From NCBI GenBank assembly GCA_942493055.1, contig OW818680.1, positions 3,590,406 to 3,654,405 on the forward strand: DNA of 64,000 nt. Reading direction: 5' to 3'. Positions within the stretch are counted from its first letter, which is position 1. Each line of letters opens with the position of its first letter. Made by a program: the position numbers and the translations under genes. The notes below the pieces were generated by a model. It searched no databases and had not been told where the DNA came from. It saw nothing but the letters and a program-made list of their open reading frames with translations. Shown in pieces: positions 7,575 through 15,477 of this stretch. Source of the stretch: an uncultured bacterium. Its GTDB lineage: Bacteria; Verrucomicrobiota; Kiritimatiellia; RFP12; UBA1067.

Positions 7575-10544
7575 TTATGGTTTGGGTTGGGTGATAGCCG
7601 TCACGGTATTGGTGTTGTTCGTGTCAGAGGGCGGCGCGGTCATCAGGGTCTGCGCTTCGATGAAGTCGAGACGCGAGCGGACCCGTTTGATCTCAGCCTG
7701 GACCATGGCAGCAGCCTCCATCTGTCCGCTGACCGTCAGGTTCTTCTGATGTTTCTGGAGGGAGACGACATATTGTTCAGTCGCGTCGATAATCTGCTTG
7801 GACTTCGCCCGGCGAAGGGTGTCGCGAAGCTGGTGGTACTTGCGTTGGAGATCCAGAAGCCCCAGCACCTGTGTGTTGAAATGGCGAGGCTGGATGATCC
7901 GGTCAGCTTCAAAGCGGAAGATCTCTTCCCGGACGGTCTCCCAGCCACTGTAATCGCCGGCGCGTTGGAAGGCATCCATGAGGGTATTCAATTCCTCGAT
8001 ATACTTTTCCGGCCACTGACCGGAGGCTTGCAGGGCTGAATTCTCGATCTCCGTCAACTCTTTTTCGAAGTTGGCGCGTTGTTTGACGAGATCCTCCCCT
8101 TGGGTTTCCGGGCCGGACGGAGGGAAGGAGGTCTGATTTTTTTCAGAGTCGCTCGTCACTGTCGGGGCTTGGGTTTCCGGTTCAGCCTCTGAGTATTGCG
8201 GCAAGGCGCGGACACGCCGGATTTCCGTGTTGATTGCGGAGGCGACATCCATCTTTCCGGTTTGCATGTAGTTGCGCTGGAGGTCGGTCAATTCGCTGAT
8301 GTACTTTTTGCAGAGGGTGATGATGCGGCGATTGTGGAGGATGCGTTGCTCCTCGGAGAGTTGACGGTATTTGCTTTTGAGCAGTCGTAAATCCGTGATA
8401 TCGTCTGGCGCTTCGTTGGCGGGCTCCTCGATTTTATTGTTCTCCTCGAAGTGCTTGCGCTCCTCTTGGGCGCTGGCCCATCCCTCGAAATCGCCGGCTG
8501 TGCGGCGGCGCTCCATCAGCATGTCGAGTTCGCGGAGAAACTCCTGGGACCAGGTCCGCAAGGCCGTGCTTTGGGCTGCCATCAGGGCTTCGAGCTGGTG
8601 GACGTAGTCATTCTTCTTCTGTTCGAGCGCGACAAACTCGGGACTTTGTGAAACAGAGGGGAAGTCCGGGAAGTCCTCCGTCGATTCAATCGCAGAGGTG
8701 AGGCAACTCCGGATCGTCGCGTTTCCGCCCAGCCAGTTGTGGGCGTAAACCTGAAGCGGCCAGGAGAGAAGGCTCCGTTCATAGAACCAGAGACCCGGGC
8801 GCGCAAGATGGTAAGGCGCGGTCCAGAGGGTGTCCTTGAATTGCTGTGCGAAGAGCGGTAGCAAGGCGAGGTAGAGGATGAAGGCTGTGAAGACGATGGA
8901 GGCTCCGGTGTGGACGCGCTTATGAATCCGGTGAATGCGGATGCGTCTTCCGATGCGGATGCACTCCTCCGTATTTGTGGCTCCGGGTGTCTTGACGAGT
9001 TCCGTATACAGGCGTGTGGCGGTTGACCAATCATGCTGGCGGATGGTCTGGTTGATGCGTTCAAGGTCGCGCAGAAGAATCTGCTCGGGCAAACTCTGCT
9101 CTTCCGCCAGAAAGGCATACTGCTCCTCCGAGAGGTCACGGTACTGCTTGATGAAGAGTGCCGCGCGTTCGAAGTTTTCAGCGCGGATTTCCATGGGGAT
9201 CTGCTCTTTGAGCTGGTTGCGCCTGTGGATATTCTTCTCGGCTTGATCGCGCAGTGTGCCCACTTCGTTCAGCATTTGGCGTCCTGTGGGACCGGCGGGC
9301 TCAAAGCCGTGGATGCGGCCCGCATAGAGGATGACCCGTTCGAAACGGTGCTGCTGGGCGGCTTCGCGCATCTTTTTCAAAATCGCCGCGAGCGTCTCGT
9401 AGGTGCGCGTATCCGCTCCGCAATTGCCGCAGAATTGGACGCCAATGAAGGAGTCGGAACCGCATTCGGGGCAGGCTTCGCTTCCATCCCAGCCGCATTC
9501 AGCGCAATACTTCAGGGTCAGGGGGTTGACAGCGTCGCACCATTTGCAGCGCCACGTCGTCTTCACGGTGGGCAGCTCGATTTTTGTGCGTTCCCGGGCT
9601 TGTATGAGCGCATCGACAAAGGCCAGCGCTGACGGCCAGCGCTGTTCTTTGTCTGTTGCTAAGGCCTTGAGCGTGACCTCGCGTATCTGCACCGGGATAT
9701 CCTGTTCTCGGAAGAAGCGGGGGTTCTGTCCGGTCAGCAGAAAATAGAGCAGCGCGCCCAGGCCGTACACATCTGCGCGTTCATCGGATTGACTCGCATC
9801 GGTCTCTTGTTCAGGTGCGCCATACCCGAGGGAGAGCAGTTTCTCGCCGGGGGCTGTGAGGTCGGCCTCCCCCTTATGCATGAGCCGCGCCAGGCCGAAA
9901 TCGACGATCTTGGGCTCGTTGGTCTTGTCGATCAGGATGTTGCTGGGCTTCAGGTCCCGGTGGATCACGCCGCTGCTGTGTGCGTAGGCGACAGCCTTGC
10001 CGATTTTTGTGACAAGGGTGATGGCATCATCCAGCGTGTACTGGCCATGTTTGGAGACATATTGGTCAAGCGTAAGCGGCGGATTGGGTTTGGCGAGTCC
10101 GCTGCCCCGGGTCTCTTTCTGGATCTCCGGATCATCCGGGCCTGCGATATACTCCATGACGATGTAGGGGCCGTCATCATCTTCTCCGAGCGCATAGATG
10201 TGGATGATGTGCACATGGCTGAGCGCAGCCACGGCGCGGGCCTCATAGAGAAAGCGTTGGCGCAGCGCGGGGATCGCTTGCGCCTGGATGTTCAGGCGCT
10301 TGATGGCGACAAAGCGGTCCAGGCGTTTGTCGCGGGCCAAATAGACAACGCCCATGCCGCCGTCGCCGATTTTACTGTAGATGGCATAGTGATCAAAAAG
10401 ACGGTCGGAGCGCGAGAGCGACGAGTCAGCGGGCGCGAGCTGCGGCACAACACTCTCCGTGCCTTGGGGCATGGCCGCAGGAGCGATCCGCTCGGTGGGC
10501 GGAACTTGGATACGGACGGTCGCATCTTCCGGTTTTCTTTTCAT
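7575..10544 (-). CDS. Serine/threonine protein kinase, 989 aa, with a double zinc ribbon, one transmembrane segment and a duplicated C-terminal module
   Basis: Hanks kinase motifs are present (GDGGMGVVYLARD, VAIKRL, HRDLKPSNILID, DFGLARL). Zinc-ribbon motifs CKWCDAVN...CAECG and CPECGSD...CGNCG follow. A hydrophobic segment IVFTAFILYLALLPLFA is present. Two ~140-aa repeats occupy the C-terminal half. Confidence 0.9.
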   Translation of the reverse strand: MKRKPEDATVRIQVPPTERIAPAAMPQGTESVVPQLAPADSSLSRSDRLFDHYAIYSKIGDGGMGVVYLARDKRLDRFVAIKRLNIQAQAIPALRQRFLYEARAVAALSHVHIIHIYALGEDDDGPYIVMEYIAGPDDPEIQKETRGSGLAKPNPPLTLDQYVSKHGQYTLDDAITLVTKIGKAVAYAHSSGVIHRDLKPSNILIDKTNEPKIVDFGLARLMHKGEADLTAPGEKLLSLGYGAPEQETDASQSDERADVYGLGALLYFLLTGQNPRFFREQDIPVQIREVTLKALATDKEQRWPSALAFVDALIQARERTKIELPTVKTTWRCKWCDAVNPLTLKYCAECGWDGSEACPECGSDSFIGVQFCGNCGADTRTYETLAAILKKMREAAQQHRFERVILYAGRIHGFEPAGPTGRQMLNEVGTLRDQAEKNIHRRNQLKEQIPMEIRAENFERAALFIKQYRDLSEEQYAFLAEEQSLPEQILLRDLERINQTIRQHDWSTATRLYTELVKTPGATNTEECIRIGRRIRIHRIHKRVHTGASIVFTAFILYLALLPLFAQQFKDTLWTAPYHLARPGLWFYERSLLSWPLQVYAHNWLGGNATIRSCLTSAIESTEDFPDFPSVSQSPEFVALEQKKNDYVHQLEALMAAQSTALRTWSQEFLRELDMLMERRRTAGDFEGWASAQEERKHFEENNKIEEPANEAPDDITDLRLLKSKYRQLSEEQRILHNRRIITLCKKYISELTDLQRNYMQTGKMDVASAINTEIRRVRALPQYSEAEPETQAPTVTSDSEKNQTSFPPSGPETQGEDLVKQRANFEKELTEIENSALQASGQWPEKYIEELNTLMDAFQRAGDYSGWETVREEIFRFEADRIIQPRHFNTQVLGLLDLQRKYHQLRDTLRRAKSKQIIDATEQYVVSLQKHQKNLTVSGQMEAAAMVQAEIKRVRSRLDFIEAQTLMTAPPSDTNNTNTVTAITQPKP

Positions 10545-10550
10545 AATGAA

Positions 10551-11012
10551 CTACTTGCTGTTAAGTTGTCGATAGGCTTCATACGCCGTGAGGGAGACGG
10601 CATTGGCGAGGTTGATGCTGCGGGCGTGTTCGCCGGGCATGGGGATTTTAAAAAGCTGCTCACGGTAGGTGTCGTAGAAAGGCTCTGGAAGTCCCGAGCT
10701 CTCATTGCCAAACACCAGCGCATCGTTTGCGGTGAAGGAGCAGGAGTAGAGCGACTGTTCGCCGCGGGTACTCAAGAAGAAGAGATGCGCAGGCTTCACG
10801 GTTTCGAGAAACGCATCCCAGGTGTCGTGTATCGTGAGATGCACATGCTGCCAGTAGTCCATCCCGGCGCGCTTGAGGTGATGGGCGTCCAGATGGAAGC
10901 CGAGGGGACGGATCAGATGCAAGGCGCAGTCCAGTCCGACGCAGACGCGTCCAATGGCCCCCGTGTTGTGCGGGATTTCGGGTCGGACGAGAACAATGTG
11001 AAACGGTAGCAT
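10551..11012 (-). CDS. trmL: tRNA (cytidine34/uridine34-2'-O)-methyltransferase, SpoU/TrmL family
   Basis: 153 aa SPOUT fold (IVLVRPEIPHNTGAIGRVC...LVFGNESSGLPE...), typical TrmL size. Confidence 0.85.
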   Translation of the reverse strand: MLPFHIVLVRPEIPHNTGAIGRVCVGLDCALHLIRPLGFHLDAHHLKRAGMDYWQHVHLTIHDTWDAFLETVKPAHLFFLSTRGEQSLYSCSFTANDALVFGNESSGLPEPFYDTYREQLFKIPMPGEHARSINLANAVSLTAYEAYRQLNSK

Positions 11013-11116
11013 GTCTTGTATAAGCTGTTAATCGAAAAAAAGATGGATAAAGTATAACAAAACTGTTGCAGGTGGACGTAATCTTTTTTTGATTTTTTTA
11101 CATACGGGAGGGAACG

Positions 11117-11899
11117 GTGTTTGACACAGAGGGGCGGTTTGGGATACACTATATCACTTTAAGACCTGTTCTTTATAATTTTAATTCGGAAGGAAGTGCA
11201 CCGGTGAGTGTTGTACAAGCTTTATTGGATTTGCAGGAAATCGATGGGCGTATCCGCGCCTTACAACAGGAATCGAAAGATATCCCTCAGCGTAAAAGCC
11301 AAGAGGCTGCTCGTTTGAGTGGCGCGCGAAGCGCACTTGAGCACGTCAGGAGCGAATTAAAGGCCGCTCAGCTGAAGGTGGCGAATCTGGAAGGGGATGT
11401 CAAGCTGTTGCGAGATAAGATTCTCGAGCTGAAGAAGCACCAGGGCCAATTAAAGACGAACAAGGAATTCCAGGCCTACAATCTTGAGATCGCAAAGATC
11501 GAAAAAGATATCGACGTGTCCGAAGCCCAATTGATCGGCGCGATGGATCACGTGACGCCGTGCAAGACCGCCGTGAATGAGAAAGAGGCGAAGCTCAGCG
11601 AGGAACAGTCAGTGGTTGATGTATATTGCGCTGAACTGGATGCCCGCCTGGCAGAGGTTGAGGCCGATCTGGCAGCCACGCAGAAGGCGCGCGCAGATGC
11701 GGCAAAGCTGGTGCAGCCGCGCGAGCTCTTTATTTATGACCGCCTCCTGACCAAGCGGTGGCCCGTGGTGGTCCTGCTTCAGGAAGATGGCGTGTGCAAG
11801 GGGTGCAATCTGCAGCAGCCGCCCTCGATCGCGCAGTTGGTCCGCCGGAACCAGGGCTTGGTCGCCTGTCAAATGTGCGGACGCATTCTTTATCGTTGA
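11117..11899 (+). CDS. Coiled-coil protein with a C-terminal C4 zinc ribbon (DUF164-like)
   Basis: Long heptad-repeat region followed by CKGCNL...CQMCGRIL. The true start may be the GTG at about 11206, because the first ~30 codons look non-coding. Confidence 0.7.
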   Translation: MFDTEGRFGIHYITLRPVLYNFNSEGSAPVSVVQALLDLQEIDGRIRALQQESKDIPQRKSQEAARLSGARSALEHVRSELKAAQLKVANLEGDVKLLRDKILELKKHQGQLKTNKEFQAYNLEIAKIEKDIDVSEAQLIGAMDHVTPCKTAVNEKEAKLSEEQSVVDVYCAELDARLAEVEADLAATQKARADAAKLVQPRELFIYDRLLTKRWPVVVLLQEDGVCKGCNLQQPPSIAQLVRRNQGLVACQMCGRILYR

Positions 11900-11933
11900 T
11901 TTACGGTCAGACTTCAACGTCTGTCCTTTTTTT

Positions 11934-12319
11934 GCGAACAGTGGAAAGACGTGACCGATCGCTCCTGCCTTGTGCAGGGGAGGAAAGTCCGGACTCCGCA
12001 GAGCGAGAGATCCGATCGTGAAGGTCGGAGGGGTGTTGCTAGATCGACACCAACGGAAAGCGCCACAGAAAACAAACCGTTCCGCGCAAGCGGAATAAGG
12101 GTGAAAAGGCGGTTTAAGAGACCACCGGGCGGTTGTGAGAGCACCGTCGCAGGGCAAGCCCTCTCTGGAGCAAGATCAAATAGGGGATTCGAGACGCGGC
12201 TCGCGTCGTTCCAGCCTTTCGGGGCTGGATAGGGTCTCGGGTAGATTGCTTAGATGAATGATCGGAGCCACGTTTACGTGGTGAACAGAATCCGGCTTAT
12301 TCGCGCTTTCCGCTGTTCG
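11934..12319 (+). ncRNA. rnpB: RNase P RNA (bacterial type A)
   Basis: P4 5' strand GAGGAAAGTCCGGACTCC at 11980-11997. AAGGGTGAAAAGGCGGTTTAAGAGACCACCG module present. P4 3' strand ACAGAATCCGGCTTAT at 12285-12300. P1 helix pairs 11934-11948 with 12305-12319. Confidence 0.85.
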
Positions 12320-12350
12320 CATTCTTTTTGAAAGAGGGTTCAGTAAGAGG

Positions 12351-12397
12351 AGGGTTCAGGGTTCGGGCAACATTAACAAGCCTGAACCCTTTTCTTC
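12351..12397 (+). terminator. Terminator hairpin after rnpB, probably bidirectional with the convergent proB
   Basis: Stem gggttcag (12351-12358) pairs with ctgaaccc (12381-12388) and is followed by ttttcttcc. proB ends on the opposite strand at 12418. Confidence 0.5.
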
Positions 12398-12417
12398 CTG
12401 AACCCTGTCTCCTGAAC

Positions 12418-13224
12418 TTACAGCGCGTTGCTGAGGATCAGGGTGCCGGTGTCCTTGCCGGACATGATGTCTGACAAGACGTTTGCATTGCGGCCGCCGG
12501 CGATGACGACGCCGCAGCCTGTCTTGGTGGCGATCTGCGCGGCATTGAGCTTCGAATCCATGCCGCCTTTGGAGAGGTTGCCGCCCTTCTCAGCGCTGAC
12601 GAACTTCAGGACGTCCGATACTTTGTCCACATACGGGATGCGCTTGTTGTTGGCATCCAGGACGCCGTCAACCGTGCTGAGGATGATCAGGAGGTCGGCG
12701 CGGACAAGCTTGACGACCAACGCGGCGAGGTAATCATTGTCCCCCAGGGAGAGGTCAGCCTTGATCTCCTCATCCGCGACAACATCGTTCTCGTTGATGA
12801 TCGGAATCACGTGCTGGGTCATCATGTGTTCCATGGTGCGCTTCGCATTGGCGTAACGGATGCGGTGCTGGAAGTCAGCATGGGTCAGCAAGACTTGGCC
12901 GATGATAATCTTCTGAGAGGAGAACAACGCTTCGTAGTTGGCCATGAGGCGCGCCTGGCCGATTGCTGCGCACATCTGCAGGTCTGGGACGCCCGCCGGA
13001 CGCTCCTTGAGCCCCAGGGCATCAACCCCTGCGCCGATGGCGCCGGAGGAGACCACGAGAAGCTCATAGCCCTTGCGATGCAGTTCAGAGAGCTGCTTCA
13101 CGAGGCTCTTGAGGGGGCGCATGTCGGGATGTCCGCTCTTTTCTGCAATGACGCGGGTTCCGATCTTGACCACAATACGGCGCGCTTCAGGAAGCAGCGC
13201 ACGGAAACGTTGTTCAATGTTCAT
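12418..13224 (-). CDS. proB: Glutamate 5-kinase (short form, no PUA domain)
   Basis: Amino-acid kinase fold with motifs matching ProB: RIVVKIGT, LLVVSSGAIGAG, IINENDVVA-EIK-GDNDYLAALV, SKGGMDSKLNAA. Start moved to the internal Met (MNIEQ) to remove overlap with tsf. Confidence 0.8.
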   Translation of the reverse strand: MNIEQRFRALLPEARRIVVKIGTRVIAEKSGHPDMRPLKSLVKQLSELHRKGYELLVVSSGAIGAGVDALGLKERPAGVPDLQMCAAIGQARLMANYEALFSSQKIIIGQVLLTHADFQHRIRYANAKRTMEHMMTQHVIPIINENDVVADEEIKADLSLGDNDYLAALVVKLVRADLLIILSTVDGVLDANNKRIPYVDKVSDVLKFVSAEKGGNLSKGGMDSKLNAAQIATKTGCGVVIAGGRNANVLSDIMSGKDTGTLILSNAL

Positions 13225-13321
13225 AGCTGTGACAAAAAGAATGTCCGCGCCTTCCGTGCTGCTCACGCGTTCAAGCGGGTTACGCCTGTCTCGGAGAGCA
13301 CGGTCAGCACGGAGGCATGAT

Positions 13322-14158
13322 TTACGCGCCAAGCTGGAAGCGGACGAAGCGCTTGATGGTCACCGTGTCGCCCGTTGCCTTTTCGCACGCTTTGACGATG
13401 TCGGTGATCGACTGCTTCGGCTCTTTGACGAAGGCCTGATGGATCAAGCAGATGTCCGAGTAGAACTTCTGGATCTTGCCCTTCAGGATGTTCTCGACGA
13501 TGTTGGCCGGCTTGCCCTGGACCTGATTACGATAGATGTCCTTTTCAGCCTCGACAACGTCAGCAGGGACCTCCTCCGGCACCAAGTACCGGGGCGCCGC
13601 TGCGGCGATCTGGAGCGAAAGGTCGTGGACCAGTTCGACGAAGGTCGGGTGGGAGGCTGTCTCAGCCTTGCCGCATTCGACTTCGACGATCACGCCGACT
13701 TTGCCGCCCATGTGAATATAGGACTCGATCTTGCCCGTGCAGCTGAGCACATAACGCGCCGTGCGGCGGATCTTGACGTTCTCGCCGGTCTGCGAGACGA
13801 TGGTCATGTGCGCGTCCTTCATGCTGTCGCCGATCTCTTCGCCCTTGTCCATCACCTGCTGGGTGACAGCGGTGACGAAGTTCTTGAAGTTATCGGTCTT
13901 GGCCACGAAGTCGGTTTCGGTGTTGACCTCCGCCATGGCGATGGTCTTGCCATCTGCCGCGACGATGGCCTTGATGATGCCTTCCTTCGATTCCTTGTCC
14001 GCGCGCTTGACCTGGATGGCCAGGCCCTTTTCACGGAGAATCTTGATTGCAGCGTCCATGTCACCGTTTGTCTCGATGAGCGCCTTCTTGCAATCCATCA
14101 TTCCCGCGTTGGTACGCTGACGTAAATCATTAATTGTAGCAACTGTGATATCTGCCAT
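13322..14158 (-). CDS. tsf: Translation elongation factor Ts
   Basis: 278 aa; N-terminal UBA-like MADITVATINDLRQRTNAGMMDCKKAL; lies immediately downstream of rpsB. Confidence 0.95.
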   Translation of the reverse strand: MADITVATINDLRQRTNAGMMDCKKALIETNGDMDAAIKILREKGLAIQVKRADKESKEGIIKAIVAADGKTIAMAEVNTETDFVAKTDNFKNFVTAVTQQVMDKGEEIGDSMKDAHMTIVSQTGENVKIRRTARYVLSCTGKIESYIHMGGKVGVIVEVECGKAETASHPTFVELVHDLSLQIAAAAPRYLVPEEVPADVVEAEKDIYRNQVQGKPANIVENILKGKIQKFYSDICLIHQAFVKEPKQSITDIVKACEKATGDTVTIKRFVRFQLGA

Positions 14159-14189
14159 AATAAAAGCTCCTTACGGTATCGGTGTTCTG

Positions 14190-15167
14190 TTACTCAGCGA
14201 CGGGTGCTTCAACGGCCTCGGCCGGTGCTTCTTCAGCCGGAACAGCTTCGACAGAGGCTGCCTTGGCAATGGTCGCATCCTTGGCTGCCTTGGCAGCTTT
14301 CTTGCGGGTCTCCATCAGACGGGTCTTTGCCTTTTTGCCGGCATCGTCGCTGTCGCCTTCGTCCTTGTCACGGCGGACCTTGCGGGCGACCTTGTCTTGG
14401 GCATCGGACTGGACCTGCTCGGCATCGCGCTGGCGTTGACGTTCCGCGGCCACGTGCTGATACTCGTCGTTCGCTTCCTTCATCACCTTAGCGAAGGCGT
14501 CCACAATGAGCTTGATTCCGCGGACGGCATCGTCATTGCCAGGAATGACATGTTCGATAGGATCCGGATCCGCGTTCGTGTCGACAATCGCCACGATCGG
14601 AATGCCCAGGCGGGTTGCTTCTGCGACGGCGTTCTGCTCGCGGCAGATATCGACGACGATCATGGCGCCCGGCTTGCTGTCCATGTCTGCGACGCCGCCC
14701 AAGTTCTTCTGGAGCTTCTCGAGTTCGCGGCGGAGGCTGGACGCTTCCTTCTTGTGAACGGAGAGCACGCCGTTGTTGTTGCGGCCCATGGTTTCGATCT
14801 GGCGCATGCGCTTGACGCTGCGACGGATGGTCTGGTTGTTGGTCAGTGTGCCGCCGAGCCAGCGCTCGGTCATGAAGTTCTGGCCGCACGCTTCGGCTGC
14901 TTGCTTGACGACTTCCTGTGCCTGCTTCTTGGTGGCCACGAAGAGCGCCCGCTTGCCGCTCAACACGACATCGCGCAAGAAAGCCGCGGCATCGTCAATG
15001 AGGGTGATGGTCTGGGTCAAATCGATGATGTGGATCCCGTTGCGCTTGTCAAAGATATAGCGCTTCATCTTGGGGTTCCAACGCTTGGTTTGATGTCCGA
15101 AGTGCAGACCTGCATCCAGCAGGTCCTGAAGGGTGAGACCGGTGAGGGTCGAGACAGGCATTTCCAT
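14190..15167 (-). CDS. rpsB: 30S ribosomal protein S2 with a ~70-aa charged, Lys/Ala-rich C-terminal extension
   Basis: Conserved S2 N-terminus (LLDAGLHFGHQTKRWNPKMKRYIF...NGIHIIDL). 325 aa against the usual ~250; the tail is Asp/Lys/Ala-rich. Confidence 0.95.
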   Translation of the reverse strand: MEMPVSTLTGLTLQDLLDAGLHFGHQTKRWNPKMKRYIFDKRNGIHIIDLTQTITLIDDAAAFLRDVVLSGKRALFVATKKQAQEVVKQAAEACGQNFMTERWLGGTLTNNQTIRRSVKRMRQIETMGRNNNGVLSVHKKEASSLRRELEKLQKNLGGVADMDSKPGAMIVVDICREQNAVAEATRLGIPIVAIVDTNADPDPIEHVIPGNDDAVRGIKLIVDAFAKVMKEANDEYQHVAAERQRQRDAEQVQSDAQDKVARKVRRDKDEGDSDDAGKKAKTRLMETRKKAAKAAKDATIAKAASVEAVPAEEAPAEAVEAPVAE

Positions 15168-15477
15168 GATGATTCCTTAAACAGTGACATGAGACGGCGA
15201 CAATGCGCCTGAACATGTCTGGTTAATCCGCTTTGACGATTCGGCGCCTGACGCCGCTTCGTCTTCGCTTCCGCACGACAAAAGTCACTCGACTATTCGC
15301 GCGATTAGGCCGTTAAGAATAGCAAAAACGGCCCTGCTCATGCAAGGCCGATTTTTAAAAATAATTTGGCCGCGTTGCGTCTTAACTCATGACACCGAAG
15401 ACTTTTATGCGGATCAGCCTTAAGATTGAGGTTGCGTCAAATGAAAAGACGCCGAAAATCCCCCCCACCCCCCACAA

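Noticed and set aside
9789-11009. 406-aa plus-strand ORF
   Set aside because: Antisense to the Ser/Thr kinase and trmL. The protein is a G/A/R/D-rich artefact.
11609-12232. Four ORFs (76-182 aa) on both strands
   Set aside because: They overlap the RNase P RNA gene, whose conserved P4 and P1 elements explain the region; the ORFs are non-coding artefacts.
13073-14125. 350-aa plus-strand ORF
   Set aside because: Antisense to tsf and proB; low-complexity R/L/A-rich translation; no start context.
14145-15212. 355-aa plus-strand ORF
   Set aside because: Entirely antisense to rpsB (S2), whose identification is unambiguous. The Ala/Gly/Leu/Arg-rich translation is typical of reverse-strand ORFs in high-GC genes.
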